A stretch of DNA of 37,451 nucleotides from a bacterium (GTDB lineage: Bacteria > Patescibacteriota > Saccharimonadia > Saccharimonadales > SZUA-47): NCBI GenBank assembly GCA_037138655.1, contig JBAXHY010000003.1:1-37451 (forward strand). Direction: 5' to 3'. Below are positions 28,207-37,077 of this stretch, piece after piece. Under the pieces are notes generated by a model that saw only the letters and a list, made by a program, of their open reading frames with translations, was not told the DNA's origin and did not search any database. Made by a program: the position numbers and the translations under genes. Every line of letters begins with the position of its first letter. The stretch's first letter is position 1.

Positions 28207-28235
28207 AGTTTAACCTTTAGCGCTCATGCATACAA
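28207..28235 (-). promoter_or_regulatory. Candidate heliorhodopsin promoter, likely leaderless
   Basis: TTGTAT-17 nt-TAAACT-6 nt-ATG (28200). Confidence 0.55.
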
Positions 28236-28248
28236 GGTGTGGAATCAA

Positions 28249-28728
28249 CTACATTTGCTTAAACGGTTTATGACAAATTCCACGACCTGTGCGTTCGGCA
28301 AATTTTTGATGATAATCTTCGGCTATATAAAATGTTTTAGCTTCTACTAATTCAGTAATTATTGGTTTATTAAAACTTGATTTTGAGTTAGTAATAACTT
28401 GTTTTGCGACTTCATATTGTTGGTTATCAAAATAAAAAATTGCTGACCTATATTGGTCGCCCGTATCTGGTCCCTGACCACCTATTTGCGTTGGATCATG
28501 CATATACAAAAACTGTTCTACTAAAGTTTTGTAGCTAACTATTGTGTCGTCAAATTCTAGTTGAACTGCTTCTGCATGACCTGTGCTTTTGTAGCAAACG
28601 TCTTCGTAAGTTGGGTCGGTTGTATGACCGCCAATGTAGCCAACCGTAGAATTTGTAACTCCACTAATTTGATCAAAATAAAACTGAACTCCCCAAAAAC
28701 ATCCTGCGGCAAATATAGCTTTAGTCAT
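28249..28728 (-). CDS. msrA: Peptide-methionine (S)-S-oxide reductase
   Basis: GCFWG active site, GHAEAV, HDPT, QYRSAIF, AEDYHQ; no signal peptide. Confidence 0.96.
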   Translation of the reverse strand: MTKAIFAAGCFWGVQFYFDQISGVTNSTVGYIGGHTTDPTYEDVCYKSTGHAEAVQLEFDDTIVSYKTLVEQFLYMHDPTQIGGQGPDTGDQYRSAIFYFDNQQYEVAKQVITNSKSSFNKPIITELVEAKTFYIAEDYHQKFAERTGRGICHKPFKQM

Positions 28729-29317
28729 CTGATTTACTACTTTTATTTGTTTTTAAATTTGTCTGATTTTCTTGCATTTTAGATTTTATAGTTACTAGTT
28801 TAATGTACGAATTACTGTCGTCATTATTATAGAATCCTAAACTTGATTGTTCGTTTTCTGACACTTCGTAATAAATATTTCCGGATACTTTTTGTCCTAC
28901 AGACAAAGGACCTCCACCAAATAAAGGTGCTCCCTTTTGTATAGCTGGTAGGCTTAACGTGTTAGTGTCTGAGCTTACTAATTTAAACTGCATATAAGGC
29001 GACAGCTGAACGACGTGGTCGGAAGTGTTGGCTACGGTTACCGTAAAAGCTACTGTATTGCCGTTATCTATCTTTTTATAATTATCTACCGTTACTGAAT
29101 AATCGTTAGATTTGCTTATTTGTTCACCTAGTACGTTATTTACAGGATTAATTACTGAAGAGGCTATACTGTCAGAAGAAGACTGCTTGACTCTGTAATC
29201 TACGTATCTAGAAAAACTTAATATACCAACAGTAACAGTTGCTACCAAGATACTTAACGAGATTTTTTTGTTTAACATATCTACTTTCTGTATACGTGTA
29301 TTAAGTTTAGTATACAC
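28721..29317 (-). CDS. Membrane-anchored DUF4352-like (Ig-like) protein
   Basis: One TM, then FTVTVANTS...FKLV...LSVGQKVSGNIYYEV pattern; start could be the downstream Met. Confidence 0.65.
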   Translation of the reverse strand: MYTKLNTRIQKVDMLNKKISLSILVATVTVGILSFSRYVDYRVKQSSSDSIASSVINPVNNVLGEQISKSNDYSVTVDNYKKIDNGNTVAFTVTVANTSDHVVQLSPYMQFKLVSSDTNTLSLPAIQKGAPLFGGGPLSVGQKVSGNIYYEVSENEQSSLGFYNNDDSNSYIKLVTIKSKMQENQTNLKTNKSSKSDD

Positions 29318-29369
29318 CTATCTTGCTTAGTTTAAATTATATAACATTATTGATGTATTAACAATATTA

Positions 29370-29912
29370 TTAATTGGTCATGATTTTTTTATCCAGAAGC
29401 TGACAAAGTGCAGTATCTTTTTTACCTACTTCTGCTACATCGTAACACCACGTTAGTACTTCATCTTTAATGGGCACCATATAAGCAAGTTCACCCTTAG
29501 CTGGCACGTTCGGTAGGTATGAACCAGCCTGAAAAGGATCGTTAACAAGGACCATTTCTATACCGTATTTAGCTCCCTTTTTGTCCTTAATATAACTTTG
29601 TAATACAGGCGTTAACCACCACGCTTTGGTGTCGATATTAACTAAACTTACGTTAACACTTATAAATTCATAACCTTCTTTTGGCGGAACCATAGATTTT
29701 TTAACTGGCTCTACCTTCCACGTTAAGGATTCTAGTTTAAGTATGCCAACTTTTTTAGGAAACGATGTTTGTAACGCCATGGTATAGCGACGATATACAA
29801 AAAATGACAATATAATAATTATCGTAGCAAACAACGCGGCTATTAAAGTTACTGTCTTTTTATTAAGGTCTACGTGTTTAGACTTTTTATTGGTAGATTT
29901 TTTAGCTTTCAT
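29370..29912 (-). CDS. Membrane-anchored DUF4352 protein
   Basis: One TM, PKEGYEFISVNVSLVN...IKDKKGAKY...KGELAYMVP. Confidence 0.75.
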   Translation of the reverse strand: MKAKKSTNKKSKHVDLNKKTVTLIAALFATIIIILSFFVYRRYTMALQTSFPKKVGILKLESLTWKVEPVKKSMVPPKEGYEFISVNVSLVNIDTKAWWLTPVLQSYIKDKKGAKYGIEMVLVNDPFQAGSYLPNVPAKGELAYMVPIKDEVLTWCYDVAEVGKKDTALCQLLDKKIMTN

Positions 29913-30847
29913 TAGATTACTGGTCCAACTATATATGTATTAAATATGCTCTTTACGCCACTTTGACCACCGTGTTGTGCAGTAAATGCGCTAGTTGCAT
30001 TACCGCCACATAATGGTGTGATTCGGTTTGATCCGCCGTTATGATTTGCGACTTCGTTTCCGTTACTACCATTTACTCCGGAACCAGAAAGAATAAGGTA
30101 ATTTGAATTATATATAACCCAACAATTTGCAGCAGAATTATGAGTTGCGATTTGAGCAGCAGTACATGCGCCACCTGATGTTCCACAAGCAGATGTAGGT
30201 ACAGCTACGCTAATAGTTACTGTTTTGGTGCCGCTGCTGCCGGCTATGTTTGAACAAGCTAGCGTGTAGCTAGTGGTGCTAGTTAAACTAACAGACTGGC
30301 TTCCGCTTGCTGCCTTTGATCCAGCAAAACTACCACCACCCCCAGTGCACGTAACAGGAAGTGTTGCGTTAGCGCTTGTTATCCATGACAGTACGGTTGA
30401 ACCACCTGACGAAACACTGGTTGGTGAGCCTGTAAAAGTAAGTGTTGGCGCAACTTTTGCAGCACCTGCAGGACTCGATGGTTGTGTTATTGGAATAGTT
30501 GCAGGTTTTGTGGCCGGAGTTGTCGTAGGCGCAGTTGATGTAGTTTGTTGCGCAGTCGTATTAACTGGCTGAGTGGATGTTGAAGTTGAAGTTTGATCTG
30601 CTGGTAGTGTTTTAGTTGAATTATTATTAACAGATTCTGCAGTCGATGAATCGTCTGAATTGGAAATTACAAAGCTACTTATTTTTAAAAGTACGTTTTT
30701 TGGCACTATTAATCCTGCGATTAAAATTAATGTCAAAAATCCTAATGCAATAAATAGCGAAATAGCGACAGATTTTTTAAGAGACATCCTACGGGAACCC
30801 TTAGATGCAAATGTACCTTTTATAATATTTATTGGTGATAAAGACAT
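29912..30847 (-). CDS. Membrane-anchored surface protein: S/T/P stalk, Ig-like domain, C-terminal cytochrome b5-like heme domain
   Basis: QIATHNSAANCWVIY, HNGG (variant of HPGG), CGGNATSAF..QH, YIVG fit the cyt b5 pattern. Confidence 0.78.
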   Translation of the reverse strand: MSLSPINIIKGTFASKGSRRMSLKKSVAISLFIALGFLTLILIAGLIVPKNVLLKISSFVISNSDDSSTAESVNNNSTKTLPADQTSTSTSTQPVNTTAQQTTSTAPTTTPATKPATIPITQPSSPAGAAKVAPTLTFTGSPTSVSSGGSTVLSWITSANATLPVTCTGGGGSFAGSKAASGSQSVSLTSTTSYTLACSNIAGSSGTKTVTISVAVPTSACGTSGGACTAAQIATHNSAANCWVIYNSNYLILSGSGVNGSNGNEVANHNGGSNRITPLCGGNATSAFTAQHGGQSGVKSIFNTYIVGPVI

Positions 30848-30869
30848 ATGATTCCTTTTAATAATATTT

Positions 30870-32252
30870 TCATGTCATTGCAAATTCTTCTGAATGTATC
30901 TTGCTGTTTGGTACACCTAGTTCACGTAGCTGCGATCTTAACGACTTCATCATTGGTGGGGGTCCACATATAAAAATCTCTTTGCCGTCTAATCCACCAC
31001 ACATTTGAGATATTTTATCTGCAGTTAAAAATCCTTCTTGTTCTTTTGCTACATATGGCATGTATCTAAACGAAGGATACTTTTGTGGTAGATATTCTGC
31101 AATTGCTTTTTGATCTAATAATTCAGTCCGATTTACTACGCTATAAACCAAATCTACTGCCCCACTATTGCTATTATAACTTCTGGCCATACTTAGGAAC
31201 GGCGTAACACCAATACCACCAGCAACCCAAATTTGTGGTGCTGTGCCAAAATTTGTATAAGTAAATTTGCCATACGCACCTTCTATTTCTGCAACTGCAC
31301 CAATCTTGATATTTTTTAATCCAATAGTGTAATCACCTAGTGATTTTATATATAGTCTTATGTTATTTTCGTCGGGTGAACTAGCAATAGAAAACGGATG
31401 TGCTTCACGAATAACGCCCTGTTGGCCACTCCACAAAAATCTAATAAAAACAAACTGACCAGGTTTGTAATCTATGGATTTTTCCATTGGTTCCATAGTT
31501 AACGCTACGACGTTGGTTTCTAGCTCTGAAACGCCAATAACTTTATAAGGATATCGTCTGACAAAAACATTACTCATTACAGTACGATAAAAAAATGAAC
31601 ATAAACCAATTATTACCCATAAAAGCATGTAGTATTTTAAAAACGCATCACGTGAAGTATCTGAGCTAATTAAAATTACATGTAATCCTGCAAACATAAA
31701 AGCTACGCCTAAAAACTTATGGGTAAATAACCAAAAACGATACGGTAGTTTTACAAAAAAAGTTAATACCAACAAAACAACCATTCCAAAAAATGCAACT
31801 ATTCCTGCATTAATTGCAGTACCCTGTTCGGCTTCAAAAAAAGTTTTGTTTAAGTCTAGGCTTCTTGGTAGCAAAAATTTTGCTGAATCTTTAATTGAAT
31901 CTAGTGCCTTGATGTCTATATATTTAAGCGCTAAAAATAAAGGATGAAAAACCAAAAGAATAAGTGCTATTCCACCCGTTATATGGTGTGCAATATATAC
32001 CCTATTAAGCCCACCAAAAAAATTCTCCATCCACCGAGTACGTGCAGCTAAAAGTAAATTAATTGCGTATAAAACCAGTCCAATAAGTCCTGTTACTTTA
32101 CCGAACATGTTAAAAAACATTAGCGGACTGTGCAATGAAGATGCGAAGGAATTAATCTGAAACCATCTAACAAACGGTACCGCGCTAAAAATCCAGATGA
32201 GTATCCATCCACCATAATGCTGTAGCCATAATTTATAATCGTTTTCGTTCAT
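30870..32252 (-). CDS. Ferric-reductase / bacterial NOX-type flavocytochrome (TM heme domain + FAD/NAD(P)H domain)
   Basis: His pairs in YIAHH...VFHP and FTHK...GLHV; PGQF, HPFSIAS, AGGIGVTPF, CGP, terminal EEF. Confidence 0.9.
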   Translation of the reverse strand: MNENDYKLWLQHYGGWILIWIFSAVPFVRWFQINSFASSLHSPLMFFNMFGKVTGLIGLVLYAINLLLAARTRWMENFFGGLNRVYIAHHITGGIALILLVFHPLFLALKYIDIKALDSIKDSAKFLLPRSLDLNKTFFEAEQGTAINAGIVAFFGMVVLLVLTFFVKLPYRFWLFTHKFLGVAFMFAGLHVILISSDTSRDAFLKYYMLLWVIIGLCSFFYRTVMSNVFVRRYPYKVIGVSELETNVVALTMEPMEKSIDYKPGQFVFIRFLWSGQQGVIREAHPFSIASSPDENNIRLYIKSLGDYTIGLKNIKIGAVAEIEGAYGKFTYTNFGTAPQIWVAGGIGVTPFLSMARSYNSNSGAVDLVYSVVNRTELLDQKAIAEYLPQKYPSFRYMPYVAKEQEGFLTADKISQMCGGLDGKEIFICGPPPMMKSLRSQLRELGVPNSKIHSEEFAMT

Positions 32253-32328
32253 TTAACCCTTAGAGTACTTATGCTTATTATACTCTACGTTATAACGAAC
32301 CAACTAAATATTTGTTACAGTACAAAGA

Positions 32329-33717
32329 CTATTCTGTACGTAGGGCTTCGACTGGGTCTAATTTGGAAGCTTTGCGTGCTGGTAACAGTCCCGCTAAAGC
32401 AGCTACTAGCATAAGCGCAACAAGTAGTACTAACATTTGAGGAATACTAAATTGAAGTAGCGTATTGCCTGTTCCTAAATCTAGTTTTTTAGTAATCCAT
32501 GGATTTAGCGCAGTTCCCAATAAAGTACCGCCTAATATTCCTAATAACCCACCAATAAATCCTATCCACATTGCTTCTAAAATAAATAGAAAATTAATAT
32601 TTTTACGGCTCATTCCAAGAGCCTTCATTAATCCAATTTCACGGGTACGTTCTAATACGCTAATATATTGTGTGTTAATGACTCCAAAAACACTTGCTAT
32701 AAGAGTTATTATGCCCAATACGCCAACCATAATTTGTAAAATATTTACGAATTGCGTGATTGTTTTTTGAATATCTTTACTGCTTTGTACAAAGTACCCT
32801 TTGCTTTCTAGTTTGGTTCTTGCAGCTTGTAATTTTGTATCGTCTTTACCGCCGTCTACCCTGGCATATACATAAATAAATTTATCAAAATCCGAAGTAC
32901 CTTTTGATGTAAATTCATACAAATATCTTGCGTCGGTATTACTTAGTAAAATAGGCGGAACACCAAAACTAAGACTAGTTGCCGATTTTTTAGAAACTGC
33001 AGAAACCGACAGTTTAATTGTTTGTTCCTTTGGCTTTAATGCTTCTGCAGTTGCCGCATTTATTGCGTCAGGATTTTTATCTTGTAGTAGATTTTGAATA
33101 CTGCTTAAAGAAAATGGTTGCTGAACAGTTAGACTAACAAACTTACCGATAGCGTCATTAGAGTCTTTAAATCCTAGTAAATCTACGTAGTTTTCTGGCA
33201 AAATAATACTGCCTGTAGCTATGTCGCCCGTTTTTGGTAAATCACCATCTTTAATTTCTGGCTTTTGCGCTGCGTTGTATACTAGGCCGCTTCCTGTGTA
33301 CTTTTTTTGCCCGTCGCGGGTAATAAAACGAACATCTATTTGGTAGACTTCGCGTACTTGTTCTATATTAGGAGTTGTTTTTAAATCTTCTATGTCCGAA
33401 CGTGTAACGCGCTTTACCTGAATACTATTTTGTCCACCACCACCTTTAATTACACCGACTGTTTCGTCAAACTCCTGAGGGCTACTTCCTGGTGAACCGC
33501 TATTAATTATTTCTTTGTCACGACCTACAATAAGTTCTGCTGGGTCAAAGTTACTACTAATAAGTTTTGATGTATAGTCACGAACGCCGTTACCCGCCGC
33601 TAAAGTTAATGTAAGTGTAAAACCGCCCACTCCAATTGCCATAGCAGTTAAAAATGTTCGAACTTTAGCAGATTTGAGTGTTCTGCCGCTTCTTAAAATT
33701 AAGTCTGTGATCTTCAT
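32329..33717 (-). CDS. MacB/FtsX-family ABC transporter permease
   Basis: RTFLT, large extracytoplasmic domain, SVLERTREIGLMKALG, PARKASKLDPVEALR. Confidence 0.93.
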   Translation of the reverse strand: MKITDLILRSGRTLKSAKVRTFLTAMAIGVGGFTLTLTLAAGNGVRDYTSKLISSNFDPAELIVGRDKEIINSGSPGSSPQEFDETVGVIKGGGGQNSIQVKRVTRSDIEDLKTTPNIEQVREVYQIDVRFITRDGQKKYTGSGLVYNAAQKPEIKDGDLPKTGDIATGSIILPENYVDLLGFKDSNDAIGKFVSLTVQQPFSLSSIQNLLQDKNPDAINAATAEALKPKEQTIKLSVSAVSKKSATSLSFGVPPILLSNTDARYLYEFTSKGTSDFDKFIYVYARVDGGKDDTKLQAARTKLESKGYFVQSSKDIQKTITQFVNILQIMVGVLGIITLIASVFGVINTQYISVLERTREIGLMKALGMSRKNINFLFILEAMWIGFIGGLLGILGGTLLGTALNPWITKKLDLGTGNTLLQFSIPQMLVLLVALMLVAALAGLLPARKASKLDPVEALRTE

Positions 33718-34406
33718 GATGCTACCTCACTATCGCCTGTAATCTTAGTTATCTTACCGTCATGTACGTGAATCTGTGCGTCGCACCTTGCTGCTAGTTC
33801 GTGGTCATGAGTAACAATTACTAAAGTTGCACCCAATGATTTATTAAGTCCAAATAAAAGTTGGATTATTTTTTCGCCCGTTGTACTGTCTAGGTTTCCT
33901 GTAGGTTCATCGGCAAATATTAACTTAGGTTTGTTTACGATTGCTCTAGCAATAGATAGTCTTTGCTTTTGACCGCCCGATAAGTTTCTGGCTTTGCTTT
34001 CTGCTTTGTCAGAAAGTTCAACTTCTTTTAAAGCTTCTTGGGCTAATAGCTTTCGCTTTTTTATTGGCACTCTGGCAATTTCTAATGGAAGCGATACGTT
34101 GTCTAAACATGATTGGTTTGCTTCTACAAAAAAAGATTGAAAAATAAAACCTATTTGCTTGTTACGAAAAGTATCGACTGCCTTTTGTTTCATAAGGTTA
34201 AGGTCTTGGCCGCCTACTAATACCACTCCGCTAGTAGAATGGTCCAGACCACTCATTACGTGCATTAATGTACTTTTACCGGATCCACTTTTGCCTATTA
34301 TTGCTACGATTGAGCCTTTTTTAATAGATACGCTTACGTCATCAAGTGCTGTAAATATGCTGGATTTTTTACCGTATAATTTTGATACATTTTTAAGTTC
34401 TATCAT
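33714..34406 (-). CDS. MacB/LolD-type ABC transporter ATP-binding protein
   Basis: GKSGSGKST, IGFIFQ, LSGGQKQR, ADEPTGNLD, VTHD. Confidence 0.95.
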   Translation of the reverse strand: MIELKNVSKLYGKKSSIFTALDDVSVSIKKGSIVAIIGKSGSGKSTLMHVMSGLDHSTSGVVLVGGQDLNLMKQKAVDTFRNKQIGFIFQSFFVEANQSCLDNVSLPLEIARVPIKKRKLLAQEALKEVELSDKAESKARNLSGGQKQRLSIARAIVNKPKLIFADEPTGNLDSTTGEKIIQLLFGLNKSLGATLVIVTHDHELAARCDAQIHVHDGKITKITGDSEVAS

Positions 34407-34480
34407 AAGTATAATTATACATTAGCAAGGTGTAATTAAGCTAAATATAAATGCTTATGTTATTATTAATTTAACAGATT

Positions 34481-35032
34481 ATGAAAAAATTAAAGAACAC
34501 CAAAGAACCGCTGTACCAGTCTAAATTATCTAAATATAATTTTATGTTTATTGGTGCTTACGCGGTTTATACTATTATTTTTGACGCTGGCAACATACTG
34601 ACCCGCGAAGACGTTTATCACAGATGGATATTTGCGGTAATACTAACTGTTGCTTTTTCTTTATTTTGGGTTGCGACAAAAAAAGCTAAAACTAATAACG
34701 TCTTGTTTGGTTCACTTATACTTTGCATAATAGCCGAACTGATACTTGCCGGATATATGACATATTGGGAACGAGGCATGGCAAGCATGTCTACTGTACT
34801 GTTTATATTCCCTATTGTAAGCATGGCACTTACTGGCAGTCGTACCTACACAGTCGGAACTGCACTTTTAGCTTCTGCAATTTACACTGGTGCATGCACA
34901 AAATATTTTTATGATTTTTTTAACGAAGGCTACCGCGTTCAGCTATATGGACAATTATTCTTTTTTGCGTCTTTGTATTTAACTATTGGATGGGCTGTTG
35001 CCGCACTTGCCCACGCTTATAGTAAAAAATAA
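34481..35032 (+). CDS. Stand-alone multi-TM membrane protein, resembling the PilS-type sensor TM domain
   Basis: About 6 TM; G..S....LF..PIV....G......ALLAS..Y pattern; no kinase domain attached. Confidence 0.55.
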   Translation: MKKLKNTKEPLYQSKLSKYNFMFIGAYAVYTIIFDAGNILTREDVYHRWIFAVILTVAFSLFWVATKKAKTNNVLFGSLILCIIAELILAGYMTYWERGMASMSTVLFIFPIVSMALTGSRTYTVGTALLASAIYTGACTKYFYDFFNEGYRVQLYGQLFFFASLYLTIGWAVAALAHAYSKK

Positions 35033-35058
35033 AACTAGTTAATTAATTTTCGTTAAAG

Positions 35059-35496
35059 TTACGAATATAGCTTAAAAATAAATAACGAAAATAAACCAGC
35101 ATACACAAATTCGAGCGGCCAGTTTTTTATAAACTCATATTTTTGAATTGTTGCATGCAAATAGTTAAAACCAGTTTTTGGTTTTGGGGGTAATTGTCCT
35201 AGTTTTTCTTGGAATACAAATTTGTATACCCAAACTAAGTCTGGGCTGGTTGAAGCAAAACCAGTTAATACACTAAAAAACCCTAAGTACTTCCAGGTTG
35301 CAAGAAGCGCGAAACTTAAAATTACTGCATCAAAAATCCACACATTCCTTAATGTAGACAATGGTAATTTACCTCCAAAATGAGGTAATGCGTCGGCAGC
35401 CAAATGACTAATAAACGCTAATGGCAACGCTAATAGGGGTTGTTTTACTACCAATGAAATACTTACCCCAATTAAAAAATGGTTTGTTGCTGTCAT
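35059..35496 (-). CDS. Small membrane protein, putative metal-dependent hydrolase (YdjM-like)
   Basis: NH...G, SHLAADALPH, SPD, LH..IQ candidate metal ligands in hydrophobic helices. Confidence 0.55.
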   Translation of the reverse strand: MTATNHFLIGVSISLVVKQPLLALPLAFISHLAADALPHFGGKLPLSTLRNVWIFDAVILSFALLATWKYLGFFSVLTGFASTSPDLVWVYKFVFQEKLGQLPPKPKTGFNYLHATIQKYEFIKNWPLEFVYAGLFSLFIFKLYS

Positions 35497-35497
35497 G

Positions 35498-36976
35498 CTA
35501 TTTTTCTGTTCTTAAAGCTGGAAACGGCACACCTTCTCGTGCCGTTACACCTTCGAGCATCCAAAATAACCGTTCGCTGTGACCGTAACCACAAGCTGGC
35601 GGCATTCCGTATTCTAATGCTTCGACGTAGTCCATATCTAACATCATCGCTTCGTCGTCGCCTGCGTCTCGCATTGCTTGTTGTTCGTTAAAACGAGCCA
35701 ATTGGTCAAGAGGATCATTAAGTTCGCTGTAAGCCTTACAAGCTTCTGTTCCGCCCAGTAAAAGGTTAAATTGTTCTGACAATCTTGGGTCTGCTAATTG
35801 ATTCTTGGCTAATGGCTGAAGAAAAGAAGGAATATCTACCAAAAATGCTGGACCTGTAAGTTCTACACGTATTTTTTTCCATAGTTTGTCTATGCAACGA
35901 TTAATGTTGTCGGCTTTTTCGACTTCGATTTTATTTTCTTTGACTTTTGCCTGTACGGCTTCTAAGGTGGTGTTAAAAACATCTATGCCAAAGCGTTCTT
36001 TTATAACACCTACAAAACTAACTTTAGGCCAATCAGTGTCATTTGCACCAAGGTCTACTTTCATACCGTTAGCTAACGTATAGTTGCGTGTTCCCCAAGT
36101 TTTGTCGGCAATAGAACGTACCATTTCTTGGGTTAGTTTCATTCCCATATCCCAGTTTGCATATGCCCAATACCATTCCATAGCAACATGCTCTGGAAGA
36201 TGTTCGTCGCTGTAGTTTTCGTTACGAAACCTTGGACCTATATCAAAAACCTTTTCGTATCCCCCAACAAGAAGCCTTTTAAGTGGCAATTCATGGCTGA
36301 TTCGTAAATAAAAGTCTTGGTCTAGTGCATCCATATGAGTAATAAAAGGATTTGCATCTGCACCACCTGCGACACTCTCTAGCACTGGAACATTAATCTC
36401 TATAAAACCATTGCTCATTAAATATTCTCTGGTGGCTTGCCAAAAATTACTTCGGCGTATGTACCTTTGAAAAACGTCTGGGTTGACGTTTGTGTCGACG
36501 TATCTTCGTCTTAGGCGTTCTTCTTTGTCTGTAAATCCGTCTTGTTCGGATGGTAACGGCCTTAGTGCTTTAGTGAGAAGTCTTAATTTAACAATTTCTA
36601 CAGAAATCTCGCCTGTTTGAGTTTTAATTACTTTACCAGTACATTCTACAAAGTCACCACTATCTAGTAGTGCTATATTGGACATCGAAAGTTCGTTTAA
36701 GCTGTAATCGACCGGGTCACTGTTGGCTCGCCAAAATAGCTGTAAGTTTGCAGAATCGTCTTTTATGACAACAAATGCAATTTTACCAAATTTACGAATA
36801 GACTTTATACGACCAACTACTTTTACTGACTTGCCTTCTAACTTACTAAAATCATCAGTTATATCGATGTTCTTATTAGTCCGTTCGGCATTTGCTGGGT
36901 ACGGGTTTATTCCAAGCTCTTTTAGCTCGGTTAATTTGCGAAGTCGTTCGTCACGAAAGTCTTTTAGTGTTGCCAT
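35498..36976 (-). CDS. lysS: Lysine--tRNA ligase (class II)
   Basis: OB anticodon domain, GGADANPF, YLRISHEL, FRNE, AYSELNDP, LEYGMPP. Confidence 0.97.
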   Translation of the reverse strand: MATLKDFRDERLRKLTELKELGINPYPANAERTNKNIDITDDFSKLEGKSVKVVGRIKSIRKFGKIAFVVIKDDSANLQLFWRANSDPVDYSLNELSMSNIALLDSGDFVECTGKVIKTQTGEISVEIVKLRLLTKALRPLPSEQDGFTDKEERLRRRYVDTNVNPDVFQRYIRRSNFWQATREYLMSNGFIEINVPVLESVAGGADANPFITHMDALDQDFYLRISHELPLKRLLVGGYEKVFDIGPRFRNENYSDEHLPEHVAMEWYWAYANWDMGMKLTQEMVRSIADKTWGTRNYTLANGMKVDLGANDTDWPKVSFVGVIKERFGIDVFNTTLEAVQAKVKENKIEVEKADNINRCIDKLWKKIRVELTGPAFLVDIPSFLQPLAKNQLADPRLSEQFNLLLGGTEACKAYSELNDPLDQLARFNEQQAMRDAGDDEAMMLDMDYVEALEYGMPPACGYGHSERLFWMLEGVTAREGVPFPALRTEK

Positions 36977-36978
36977 AC

Positions 36979-37077
36979 GTATACAGTCTACAGTAAATTG
37001 TATCTTGTCACTAGTCTGAATAGCCCAATTATTATGCGTAATTAAGCCCGACTATTGACTAAAGACCAATGACTACC
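36979..37077. repeat. Degenerate heptamer arrays in inverted arrangement between greA and lysS
   Basis: Left: gtataca gtctaca gtaaatt gtatctt gtcacta gtctgaa; right: gactatt gactaaa gaccaat gactacc. Confidence 0.6.

Noticed and set aside
28249-32252. Canonical MsrPQ system
   Set aside because: The reductase is a cytoplasmic thiol-type MsrA, not molybdoenzyme MsrP, and the heme protein carries its own FNR domain.
257-37019. Many short ORFs antisense to long genes (e.g. 2359-2670, 7069-7446, 13345-13659, 30273-30572, 36723-37019)
   Set aside because: They shadow well-supported genes on the opposite strand and have no recognisable motifs.
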